Virus record (IMG/VR): IMGVR_UViG_3300007214_000006
Source of the DNA: a virus
Lineage: Duplodnaviria; Caudoviricetes
Reading direction: 5' to 3' (one strand)
DNA: 64,000 bases
Part shown: positions 1-8,145 of the stretch, piece by piece
Layout: each line of letters opens with the position of its first letter
Position numbering within the stretch: position 1 is the first letter of the stretch
Translations under genes and position numbers: made by a program
Notes under the pieces: generated by a model
The model's input: only the letters and a program-made list of their open reading frames with translations
Told to the model about the DNA's origin: nothing
Databases searched by the model: none

Positions 1-66
1 AGCGGGGATATCGTTTATGATGAATCGGTTTCTATGGATTTGAAATTGGAACCTATCAATGAGTAA
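1..66 (+). CDS. 3' end of a CDS entering the window (partial)
   Basis: Open frame from base 1 (SGDIVYDESVSMDLKLEPINE) to TAA at 64-66, overlapping the next ATG. Confidence 0.4.
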   Translation, partial: SGDIVYDESVSMDLKLEPINE

Positions 67-181
67 TGGAAAAGGAAGTAAACAAAGACCTAAAAGTGTA
101 GACTATAAAACTTGGGAAAAAAATTACAATAATATTTTTAGAAAAAATGAAAAGTCTAATAAAATTTCAAAATCAAAATGA
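59..181 (+). CDS. small basic hypothetical protein, 40 aa (not in ORF track)
   Basis: ATG 59-61 to TGA 179-181: MSNGKGSKQRPKSVDYKTWEKNYNNIFRKNEKSNKISKSK; fills the gap between overlapping neighbours; GKGSK.RP..VD motif resembles small phage proteins (from memory, unverified). Confidence 0.6.
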   Translation: MSNGKGSKQRPKSVDYKTWEKNYNNIFRKNEKSNKISKSK

Positions 182-422
182 AATATTATTTTTTATATGT
201 AACTGTTATAATGAAGTTTTAGTTATCAATTATGACAAAAGCTATAAAATAGCTGATTTGTGTATTTATGAAAGTTATAATTCATATTCTCATAAGCTGT
301 CATTTTGGCATAAAATTAAAACCATATTGCATATTTTAAGAACAGGTAAAATATATAGTGATCAAATTTCATTGGATTCTGATCAAATAGAAAAGTTAAA
401 GATGTATTTATCATACCTTTAG
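147..422 (+). CDS. hypothetical protein
   Basis: ORF track 91 aa, co-oriented with neighbours. Confidence 0.55.
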   Translation: MKSLIKFQNQNEILFFICNCYNEVLVINYDKSYKIADLCIYESYNSYSHKLSFWHKIKTILHILRTGKIYSDQISLDSDQIEKLKMYLSYL

Positions 423-468
423 GTGTAATAAAACATATCTAATTCCATTACCTATTAGGAGTTTGATA

Positions 469-681
469 ATGATAATGAAAAATTTTGTTTCTAATGAAAT
501 ATCAGAAGATATTTATTTTGCTAATAAATTATTGCAAACTCTAACTAACACAATAGATTTTTTAGAAAAAGAAAATAACGCTTGGAAAGACACTTTTGAT
601 AATCTAGTGTCTATAAATTATCAAGATTATGATACTAGTTATGGTGAATTAAGTGACACAAAATACGCACATTCGGCGTAA
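469..681 (+). CDS. hypothetical protein
   Basis: AGGAG 457-461 favours ATG 469; coiled-coil-like. Confidence 0.6.
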   Translation: MIMKNFVSNEISEDIYFANKLLQTLTNTIDFLEKENNAWKDTFDNLVSINYQDYDTSYGELSDTKYAHSA

Positions 682-910
682 AAATAGTGTTATAATAACT
701 CAGATTAATAATACTGAATACTTAATTGAGGGCAACTTTGATATAAAACTTGGTTGCGTTGTTGATCCTGTCATAGTTTATGCAAATATCATAAACGGTC
801 CATTTATTCATGTTGGAAAAGATTTTCTTGGTAAGGGATCGGTATCAAATATTGATATAATTGAAAATACAAAAAACAATATCATAATTAAAATAAAATT
901 ATATGAATAA
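653..910 (+). CDS. hypothetical protein
   Basis: ORF track 85 aa overlapping neighbours. Confidence 0.55.
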   Translation: MTQNTHIRRKNSVIITQINNTEYLIEGNFDIKLGCVVDPVIVYANIINGPFIHVGKDFLGKGSVSNIDIIENTKNNIIIKIKLYE

Positions 911-1091
911 ACTTTATAAAAGTAAATCAAATAAAATATTTTTTGGTGTTTGTGCTGGTCTTGGTTACTCATTCAATCTTGATCCAGTATTAATTAGAAT
1001 TTTTTTTATATTAGGAACTATTTTTAGTGGAAGTTTATTGTTTTGGATATATCTAGTTTTAGGACTTATTTTGCCAACACGCGACGAATAA
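903..1091 (+). CDS. pspC: PspC-domain membrane protein
   Basis: LYKSKSNKIFFGVCAGLGYSFNLDPVLIRIFF...LFWIYLVLGLILP matches the PspC domain pattern (GVCAG(L/I)A..F..D...VR, TM helix ending in P). Confidence 0.85.
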   Translation: MNKLYKSKSNKIFFGVCAGLGYSFNLDPVLIRIFFILGTIFSGSLLFWIYLVLGLILPTRDE

Positions 1092-1099
1092 ATTTCTCG

Positions 1100-1156
1100 C
1101 AAGGTCAAAAAAATTCAAGGGTCGGCTATTGACAAGCCGATAGAGTAGGATAGAAT
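1100..1156 (+). promoter_or_regulatory. sigma70-like early promoter, copy 1
   Basis: TTGACA 1129-1134, 16-nt spacer, TAGAAT 1151-1156; shares CAAGG.CAAAAAA...GGCTA.TTGACAAGCCGATA with 4471-4512. Confidence 0.75.
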
Positions 1157-1233
1157 GAAAGAGTTGATGCGAGAGGTTCAATCGCTTGATTGACTTGCAC
1201 CAATAGGAATTGGAAATGATTTGGAGGTTGATT

Positions 1234-1515
1234 ATGGCTGAAGTTACTACGGTTGAGAAGCAGAAGCGTGTTCGTTGCAGCGATGAGCAGTTTCTTGAGG
1301 CTGTTTTTTCTAGCAAGACTTATGCTGAGATTGCTACTAAAACAGGACAGAAGATCGCTAGCACTATGGCTCGTTATGCCAGAGTGAAGGCGGCTCTTGC
1401 TAAGAAGGGTGAAACTCTGCCCGCTATGGAGCGTGCGAAGCCTGCCAAGACAATTGATAATGTTGAGGCTATGGCAGATGTTGTTCGTCGCCTCAAGGCT
1501 CACGCCAACGGCTGA
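1234..1515 (+). CDS. hypothetical protein, possible HTH DNA-binding
   Basis: GGAGG RBS before ATG 1234; TYAEIATKTGQKIASTMARYAR resembles a helix-turn-helix. Confidence 0.65.
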   Translation: MAEVTTVEKQKRVRCSDEQFLEAVFSSKTYAEIATKTGQKIASTMARYARVKAALAKKGETLPAMERAKPAKTIDNVEAMADVVRRLKAHANG

Positions 1516-1528
1516 TTTTTAAATTAAC

Positions 1529-1607
1529 GATAGTCGGCCACAGTGGTCTAAATGGTAGAGGCACACACTAATCAACCTCTAATCATGGATCGCTGTGGTC
1601 GATTATC
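1529..1607 (+). ncRNA. long RNA hairpin (20-bp outer stem plus inner stem)
   Basis: GATAGTCGGCCACAGTGGTC 1529-1548 pairs fully with GATCGCTGTGGTCGATTATC 1588-1607 (4 G-U); inner TAGAGG/CCTCTA stem. Confidence 0.6.
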
Positions 1608-1611
1608 TTAT

Positions 1612-1899
1612 GGGGAATTGGCGGAATAGGCAGACGCAACGGACTTTTTAATTGGAGTGCTTAAAGGGAAACTTTTAATGTAGAACCTGTCAAAGTCGGT
1701 GAAACCTGTAAAATGGCAATACCGAACCAAACCTAATTTATTAGGGAGGCGTAGAGACTTGACGGCAGGAGCCTAAAATATGAAAAATATTATGGCTAAG
1801 GTAAAGTCCAGACCACAAACTGTAAAGGTAACGAAAGTTATAGTGGTAAGAAAATCCGTTGGGAGTAATCCCGTGTGGGTTCAAGTCCCACATTCCCCA
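1612..1899 (+). tRNA. trnL: tRNA-Leu(UAA) interrupted by a group I intron
   Basis: Exon 1 1612-1646 GGGGAATTGGCGGAATAGGCAGACGCAACGGACTT; exon 2 1851-1899 AAAATCCGTTGGGAGTAATCCCGTGTGGGTTCAAGTCCCACATTCCCCA; spliced anticodon arm ACGGA-CTTAAAA-TCCGT, long variable arm, T-arm, acceptor GGGGAAT/ATTCCCC; CCA not encoded. Confidence 0.92.
1647..1850 (+). ncRNA. group I intron (trnL(UAA)-type, ORF-less, 204 nt)
   Basis: Inserted after U34; P1 exon ACUU pairs with intron GAGU giving the U-G splice-site pair; GAAA-capped P2; P/Q/R/S-like cores AAAGTCGGTGAAACC, AATACCGAACC, GTAGAGACTTGACGG, AAGGTAAAGTCCA; terminal G at 1850. Confidence 0.88.
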
Positions 1900-1925
1900 C
1901 TGTAGTATAATAGTAGAGAAATAAA

Positions 1926-1965
1926 TCCTTTTGGTGTATGTTACTTTGAACTACACCATTAGGAG
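1926..1965 (+). promoter_or_regulatory. hairpin sequestering the RBS of the HNH gene, containing GGTGTA
   Basis: TGGTGTA 1932-1938 pairs with TACACCA 1952-1958; TCCT 1926-1929 pairs with AGGA 1961-1964 of the SD. Confidence 0.65.
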
Positions 1966-1974
1966 TCTACTATA

Positions 1975-2445
1975 ATGAACATATGTCGTAAATGCGGATC
2001 AGAATTCAAAAACAGAGTAAAAATTAAGGGATCAATAAAGGTTTTAAATCGTCGTAAATATTGTTTAGATTGTTCTCCGTTTGGAAAAAGAAATACCAAA
2101 AGATTGCATTTACCACAAAGAAATAAAAATTCAAAAAAACAATGCACACAATGCGGTAAAGAATTTAAGTGGAATAAAAATAATGTATGCTGGACTTGCA
2201 GATCGTATAATAGAAGAAAACAAAACAGAAACAAAGCCATAACCCATCTTGGTGCAAAGTGTGGGGATTGTGGATTGGAAGATAAAGATGTTTTAACATT
2301 TCATCATATAAGCCAAGACAGTAAATATGATAATCTTTCTAGTTTGTGGCACAGAAAGTGGTCAGTAATAGAAAAAGAAATTAATAAATGCAAAATATTG
2401 TGTGCTAATTGTCATATGAAACTACACAGAAAGGAAAACAAATGA
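1975..2445 (+). CDS. free-standing HNH endonuclease with zinc-binding repeats
   Basis: Several CxxC pairs; C-terminal KCGDCG...LTFHH...EINKCKILCANCHMKLH HNH signature. Confidence 0.85.
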   Translation: MNICRKCGSEFKNRVKIKGSIKVLNRRKYCLDCSPFGKRNTKRLHLPQRNKNSKKQCTQCGKEFKWNKNNVCWTCRSYNRRKQNRNKAITHLGAKCGDCGLEDKDVLTFHHISQDSKYDNLSSLWHRKWSVIEKEINKCKILCANCHMKLHRKENK

Positions 2446-2660
2446 GCAAAAACGTAATCGAATTGAACAAGATCGGTAGCAAGGTTAAGTTAACGGATGA
2501 TGTTTATGGAACCATAGTTGGTATTAATATTTCTGGAGAAAATACTGTTACTTATAAATGCGGGTGGTGGAATGGTCGTTCGTATTCAACAGAGAGTTTT
2601 TCTCCTAGCGAAATAGAAGTTATGGTTGCTGAGAAGTTTAAGATAGGCTTCGGAACATGA
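2442..2660 (+). CDS. hypothetical protein
   Basis: AAGGA RBS and ATG 2442 overlapping the HNH stop; beta-rich (SH3-like pattern). Confidence 0.65.
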   Translation: MSKNVIELNKIGSKVKLTDDVYGTIVGINISGENTVTYKCGWWNGRSYSTESFSPSEIEVMVAEKFKIGFGT

Positions 2661-3013
2661 ACGAAATTACAGATCCTTTGGATTATCTCATTCAATGTTG
2701 TGAAAGTGCTATTAATACTGGTAAGTGGCGACTTACTAAATTCACTATTCTTAACGCTAAAAACGAACTTTCTAAGTTGAGACAAACCAAGAAAGATTTG
2801 GCTAAAGAACTATTTGACGCTAATCAATCTCTGGTAGAAGAAATTAATCGTGATTTAGCATTTAAAAATGTTGCTTGGGCAACTATAAATGGCAGGGGTG
2901 ATATGTTTAACATCAGTATGATATACAATCAATATGCTGATCCTAAGTCCACCATTCCTTTGTATCGAAACGAAAAGGAGTATAAAGAAAAATATGGTAA
3001 GTTATCCAAATAG
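2657..3013 (+). CDS. hypothetical protein
   Basis: ORF track 118 aa, ATGA overlap. Confidence 0.65.
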   Translation: MNEITDPLDYLIQCCESAINTGKWRLTKFTILNAKNELSKLRQTKKDLAKELFDANQSLVEEINRDLAFKNVAWATINGRGDMFNISMIYNQYADPKSTIPLYRNEKEYKEKYGKLSK

Positions 3014-3326
3014 ATTATTTAGAGGATGGTGTTCTAATGAAGGTAATTCACGATCTCATATTCTTCATTATCATATTTATACTATTAGAGACATTAGTGA
3101 CTATAATGGCGGAACGATTCCAGAAGAAGTAGATTCATTAGAAGAGTATTTCAATACAGATCTTTTGTCAGTAGACGATCCATACTACGCCGTTTATGCA
3201 ACATTTAAGATGGATATCCCAAGAGGGCCAATCAAAATTTTTGAAACTCCAGATTTAAAAGTAGCAGTTTATATTGTTGAACAACTAAGCGGCAATAAGG
3301 TTAAAGAAGATGAAATACACAATTGA
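2994..3326 (+). CDS. hypothetical protein
   Basis: AAGGAG upstream favours ATG 2994. Confidence 0.6.
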   Translation: MVSYPNRLFRGWCSNEGNSRSHILHYHIYTIRDISDYNGGTIPEEVDSLEEYFNTDLLSVDDPYYAVYATFKMDIPRGPIKIFETPDLKVAVYIVEQLSGNKVKEDEIHN

Positions 3327-3849
3327 TATTAATTATTTTGATGAGGGTGGTAGTGCTGAATTCTATCATATAAAAGAAGATAAAAATCTTGGATTTAAAC
3401 AATTCCGAAATAAAAAATTCGCCAATACTGCGTACAACAAACAAAAATTATTGAGCAAATTCGGTCTTGCTCCTAAAGTTTACGGCAAGGTTTGTAGGCT
3501 AGAGATGAAGATTGAAAATTTTGGTGGTGAAGGACACGATTATTTGGATTATACTAATTGGGGATATGTTACAGAAAAAGCGAGGGTCGCTGATGAAAAA
3601 GTAATGAAAAAAAGATTACGAGAAATACAATCTCTTGTTGAGTCTATTGAGAAAAAAACCAAACTAAAATTCTGGGATTGTCATTACTATAACATGGGTT
3701 ATATTAAACGAAATAATAAGGCTAAATTAGTTTGCATTGATACTGGAATTGAAAGTTTTAATCGTGATGTGGACGCTTGGGGAATGGGAACTCCTGGCCC
3801 AAAATGCAGTTATTGTAAAAAGTATCAATGCAGATGTAGCATATACTAA
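3310..3849 (+). CDS. minimal protein-kinase-like phosphotransferase
   Basis: Gly loop EGGSAEFY, VAIK-like LGFKQ, hinge YVTEKA, catalytic-loop-like DCHYYN, DFG-like IDTG. Confidence 0.65.
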   Translation: MKYTIDINYFDEGGSAEFYHIKEDKNLGFKQFRNKKFANTAYNKQKLLSKFGLAPKVYGKVCRLEMKIENFGGEGHDYLDYTNWGYVTEKARVADEKVMKKRLREIQSLVESIEKKTKLKFWDCHYYNMGYIKRNNKAKLVCIDTGIESFNRDVDAWGMGTPGPKCSYCKKYQCRCSIY

Positions 3850-3881
3850 TGGTGTATATCCTTAATATAAGGAGATACATT

Positions 3882-4241
3882 ATGTCAAGAGAATTTGATC
3901 AGATAATTAGAGAAATTAACAAACAAAATAAAGAACTTCATAGTATAGATAGCCAAATTTCCAAAGAGGTTATCAAGGATATTTCTGATGTTAAAAAGTC
4001 TGTAAAAACAATAGAAAACAAAATTGTATTGATGGAAAAGGTTCTGAACCAATTATTTGAACTGATCAATAATATAACCATATTTATAGACGATGCCGAA
4101 GATATAGTGGATGGTATAGATGATGAAGATGAAGAGGATTGGACTCCTTATGATGAGCGTAATTTCCAATATGAGGATGACAACGACGAAGAAGATATAG
4201 GTGGAGACAATTATTGGAGTAGCCATGAGGATGAAAGTTAA
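3882..4241 (+). CDS. coiled-coil protein with acidic C-terminal tail
   Basis: AAGGAG 3869-3874 before ATG 3882; heptad pattern then D/E-rich tail. Confidence 0.65.
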   Translation: MSREFDQIIREINKQNKELHSIDSQISKEVIKDISDVKKSVKTIENKIVLMEKVLNQLFELINNITIFIDDAEDIVDGIDDEDEEDWTPYDERNFQYEDDNDEEDIGGDNYWSSHEDES

Positions 4242-4498
4242 TGGGTAGTTTAGCACTTGCAGCATCAGTGATAGTATTGGTTACGATTATAATTGGGCCA
4301 CTAACATATTTATTGGCTAAGTTAGGAACTCCAAGGATTATTATTTATCTATTAAGTATATTTTCTATATTTTCGGGAATATCTTTTTGCACACTCGCTA
4401 TACCGATATGGTATATAGGATTAATTCCGATATATTTTGGATACATAAGCATACAAAAAACCAATAGCCTCAAGGCCAAAAAACTAAAGGAAGGCTAG
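4241..4498 (+). CDS. small multi-pass membrane protein
   Basis: Three hydrophobic segments, basic C-terminus. Confidence 0.6.
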   Translation: MGSLALAASVIVLVTIIIGPLTYLLAKLGTPRIIIYLLSIFSIFSGISFCTLAIPIWYIGLIPIYFGYISIQKTNSLKAKKLKEG

Positions 4499-4526
4499 TT
4501 GACAAGCCGATAACGTATGGTATGAT
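4471..4526 (+). promoter_or_regulatory. sigma70-like early promoter, copy 2
   Basis: TTGACA 4499-4504, 16-nt spacer, TG-n-TATGAT 4518-4526. Confidence 0.8.
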
Positions 4527-4568
4527 GGAACTATCACAGGAACGATTCACAGATTTTGGAGAAAAACG

Positions 4569-7235
4569 ATGAAGTTGGCAGATCGTGTTATTGAGACTCA
4601 TAGTGCTGGTGTTCAGAGTGCGTCAGGATTCACAATCGCACAAACCAGTAAAATGTTTAAGATCCTTTCGGATTCTCTGTATTCCGATAAGGTTATGGCA
4701 GTTATTCGTGAACTGTCTACAAATGCTTATGATAGCCATATTAGTGCTGGCAATAAGAATCCATTCAAAGTAGTTTTGCCAACCGCCGCCAATCCTAATT
4801 TTAGTGTGCGTGATTATGGCACTGGTCTTAGTCAGGCGGATATGGAGAATCTCTATACAACCTACGGGGCCAGCAACAAGAATGATAGTAACGATTTTGT
4901 TGGTTGTCTTGGTCTTGGAAGTAAGAGTCCGTTTGCTTATACCAAGAGTTTTACCACAAGTTCATACTATAATGGTATAAAGTATACTTATATTGCTGCT
5001 ATTGACGATAGTGGTGTTCCTACTCTAAATCTCTTTAATTCCTGCGAAACTGATGAGCCTAATGGTCTTGAGATTAGTTTTGCTGTTAAGCAATATGACT
5101 TTACTGAATTTAGTCAGAAGGCTATTCGTATCTTTCATTACTTTAAGATGAAGCCGATTATTGAGGGTGGTGTTATTACATCCCTAAAGGATCATGCTTA
5201 TAGCAACAAGAATATTGTGATTAGTGGGGATGGTTGGAGAGTTTGTCGTTTGGCTAATGATAACAATCAGTATCCTAGTGTTTACCACAAGATCGACAGC
5301 GGTATTGTGGCTCTTATGGGTAATATTGCTTACCCTGTTAATGCAAACCAACTTATTGGCGAACAAAAGGCCGAACAACCCGATCATATTGCCAAGTGGA
5401 ATCGTGCTTTTGGCAAGGCAGATATTGATTCTTGGAAGAGTTTCATCACAGAAATTCTAAACCAAAACCTTTATCTTGAACTGGATTTTGGTATCGGTGA
5501 ACTTGAGATGGATGTTAGTCGTGAAGGATTGCAGTATACAAAAGCCGTTATCAAGACTTTGCGTGAAAAGACTCAGGGTATTTATCTTGAGATGAAAGAA
5601 GAATTCAGCAAAAAGATTCAAGCAGCAAAGACCAGAATAGAGGCTATTACCACATACTATCAACTGAATGATCTTGCTGGCGGTTGGGGTGTTGGTGCAT
5701 CTTGGACTGATGCTAATGGTAAGGCTCATAGTATCAATAGCGGAGAGGACTTGGAATATAAAATTCCAGCCGGTAAAAGTCTATATGTTTTTAACTATAG
5801 AACTGCTGGGTATCGTTCTCGTCGCATGGTTTATCTAACAGATAAATTGCATCACAATACTCTTACTGGTAAGGGTGAATACTATTGGAATAGTAGTCGT
5901 AAAACTGGACCGCTAAGTTTCTTTGTGTGTGATATTAAGAGCGAAGAAACAGCCAAAAAGATTGTGACTCGTTATTGCAACGACAAGGACTGTTTTGCTT
6001 ATCTAATGGTTGATACCAAAGATATAACAAAGTCGGACAAAGGATTTGATGATCTTATTAATGACGTTGGAACAGATAAGATACTGAAAGTCTCAGACTA
6101 TAAAGATCTGATCAAGAGTAATAGTCCAAGAAAAGCGGGGACTCGTTCTAGCAAAGGTAGTGTTAGCGATCAAGATGTATTCTTTATTTATGGTGCATCT
6201 AAGGATAGTGATAGTCTTACTATCGAATACAATGATGCCCCTCATCTAAACACTCTATCAGCAGAAGAACTTGAAGAATTTGAAGATAGCAATGAAATTG
6301 TTTATGTTCCTATTACCAGATATGCTTCTAATGAAGGCGAAGGTTTGCCTAGCATAGAGAGTCTAGCCGTAATGTTTACTGATAATAGTTTGAGCGATCT
6401 TGTTAAGCAAATGTTTGGCAAGACTAAAATTTATGCTATCAAGAATAGCGTTGCAAAGAAAATGGTTGAGGATGGTGAACGTACTATGATTCCATTCAAT
6501 ACTTTCTTTAAGGATAAACTAAAGACTATTGCAAAAGATCACTTCAAAAAGGTTTCTTCCTTTAATGGTATCGTAGAATTTTGCAAGAAAGAAATGAGTG
6601 ACAGAGATACTGATAGTCGTTATTATTGGAACAATTATGGTGATGTTATTGGTCAGTTCTGTTTTCATGTTCTAAATTTCTTTGGTCTTGACTATGGTAA
6701 GTTTATGAAGAATGATAAATTGGTCAAAATCGTTGACAACTATTTGATTATGGAATTCTTTAGTGATACTGTGCATAGACATAAGTATGACATTGATCGC
6801 TTTAAGATGGTCGATTACTATAGTCATATCAATAATCTTCTCAATGGAATTGGTATCGATAGTATCAATGCCGAGGATATTAAGAAAACCAATGTCGCTT
6901 ATATTCAATTGAATAATCTTATTGAGCATAGGCTTTATGCAAAGTCGGATTCAAAGCAATATCTTGATATAATCTCATCAGACGATAAGACTAAGTATAA
7001 CTTGCCCAAAGCGAGTGAACTTAGAAAAACTATGAAAGCAGAGGTTGACAACAACCCGATGCTCAAGTATATTATGGGAACTGTCAGTGCGAAGGTTGGG
7101 ATTAGGAATTTGACCTCAAAAAATCCTATCGTCAATTCTACTGATGCTTATAATAGAACTAGCGATTGGTCTAGTAAGATGAGCGATGATATGGTTGATT
7201 TGTTTAAGATTCAATTAAGTAGTCTAATTAAGTAA
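4569..7235 (+). CDS. rIIA: RIIA-like protein (N-terminal GHKL/HSP90-type ATPase)
   Basis: ILSDSLYSDK..AVIRELSTNAYDSH, VRDYGTGLS, GCLGLGSKSPFAY motifs; directly followed by rIIB-like gene. Confidence 0.85.
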   Translation: MKLADRVIETHSAGVQSASGFTIAQTSKMFKILSDSLYSDKVMAVIRELSTNAYDSHISAGNKNPFKVVLPTAANPNFSVRDYGTGLSQADMENLYTTYGASNKNDSNDFVGCLGLGSKSPFAYTKSFTTSSYYNGIKYTYIAAIDDSGVPTLNLFNSCETDEPNGLEISFAVKQYDFTEFSQKAIRIFHYFKMKPIIEGGVITSLKDHAYSNKNIVISGDGWRVCRLANDNNQYPSVYHKIDSGIVALMGNIAYPVNANQLIGEQKAEQPDHIAKWNRAFGKADIDSWKSFITEILNQNLYLELDFGIGELEMDVSREGLQYTKAVIKTLREKTQGIYLEMKEEFSKKIQAAKTRIEAITTYYQLNDLAGGWGVGASWTDANGKAHSINSGEDLEYKIPAGKSLYVFNYRTAGYRSRRMVYLTDKLHHNTLTGKGEYYWNSSRKTGPLSFFVCDIKSEETAKKIVTRYCNDKDCFAYLMVDTKDITKSDKGFDDLINDVGTDKILKVSDYKDLIKSNSPRKAGTRSSKGSVSDQDVFFIYGASKDSDSLTIEYNDAPHLNTLSAEELEEFEDSNEIVYVPITRYASNEGEGLPSIESLAVMFTDNSLSDLVKQMFGKTKIYAIKNSVAKKMVEDGERTMIPFNTFFKDKLKTIAKDHFKKVSSFNGIVEFCKKEMSDRDTDSRYYWNNYGDVIGQFCFHVLNFFGLDYGKFMKNDKLVKIVDNYLIMEFFSDTVHRHKYDIDRFKMVDYYSHINNLLNGIGIDSINAEDIKKTNVAYIQLNNLIEHRLYAKSDSKQYLDIISSDDKTKYNLPKASELRKTMKAEVDNNPMLKYIMGTVSAKVGIRNLTSKNPIVNSTDAYNRTSDWSSKMSDDMVDLFKIQLSSLIK

Positions 7236-7255
7236 TTTTCACAGGAGTTATAATC

Positions 7256-8134
7256 ATGGCTGTTCCGTTTATGTTTGTTGATGGCAACCTCACGGTTGTT
7301 CTGAATAATAAGAGTTATCAGGTTCTTCCTGATCATATTAACTATAAGATGATCTTGGAAAAGTTGCCAACCGCAACCTCTGATGAGTTGCTAGAAATTG
7401 TTGATGTTCAAAAGGCTATTGCTGTTTTTAGCGATGGTCTTGTTGAGATCAAGAATGGTCAGGTAACTTATGAGGGCGAAGTTGTGCATGGGGCGATTAG
7501 CAAAAGGATTTTGGAGTTTATGAGCAAGGGTCTGCCTTTTCAGCCTCTTGTTAATTTCTTGAATAATCTAATGGAGAATCCTAGTATGCAGAGTCAAAAG
7601 GAACTCTATGATTTTCTGGAACATGAGCATCTGCCAATTACTGAGGATGGTCATTTTCTGGCCTACAAGGCAGTCAGAGCAGATTATATGGATAAGTATC
7701 GTGGCACATTCGACAATCATGTTGGAAAGATTTGTCAGATGACTCGATCAAAAGTTGATGATGATCGTGCTAGAGGTTGTTCCAATGGGCTTCATGCTGG
7801 AGCATTGAATTATGTGGCCGGCTATGGATCTCTTGAGGCTGGAGACAAAATTGTGATTGTTAAAATCAATCCAAAGGATGTTGTTAGTGTACCATCTGAT
7901 TGTAACTGCGAGAAACTTCGCACTTGCCGATATGAAGTGGTCGGAGAGTATCAAGGCGAACTTCTCAAGCCTCTTTATTCTTCAGTTTTTACTGAGGATG
8001 ATTATCGTGATGATGAGGATGATGATTATGATAATGATTATGATTGGGGATGGAATGATGAGGACGATGAGGAAGAAGCATACTATGACGACGAAGATGA
8101 GGATGACGAGTACGACAACTCTTATCCTGGTTGA
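7256..8134 (+). CDS. rIIB: RIIB-like protein with acidic tail
   Basis: PLVNFL..LMENPS, ELYDFL...LPITEDGHFLAYKAV, VDDDRARGCSNGLHAG motifs; AGGAG RBS. Confidence 0.85.
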   Translation: MAVPFMFVDGNLTVVLNNKSYQVLPDHINYKMILEKLPTATSDELLEIVDVQKAIAVFSDGLVEIKNGQVTYEGEVVHGAISKRILEFMSKGLPFQPLVNFLNNLMENPSMQSQKELYDFLEHEHLPITEDGHFLAYKAVRADYMDKYRGTFDNHVGKICQMTRSKVDDDRARGCSNGLHAGALNYVAGYGSLEAGDKIVIVKINPKDVVSVPSDCNCEKLRTCRYEVVGEYQGELLKPLYSSVFTEDDYRDDEDDDYDNDYDWGWNDEDDEEEAYYDDEDEDDEYDNSYPG

Positions 8135-8145
8135 TTGAATTTTTA

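Noticed and set aside
1059-1503. Minus-strand ORFs 1059-1316 and 1126-1503
   Set aside because: Overlap the promoter and the RBS-supported plus-strand gene; no protein motifs
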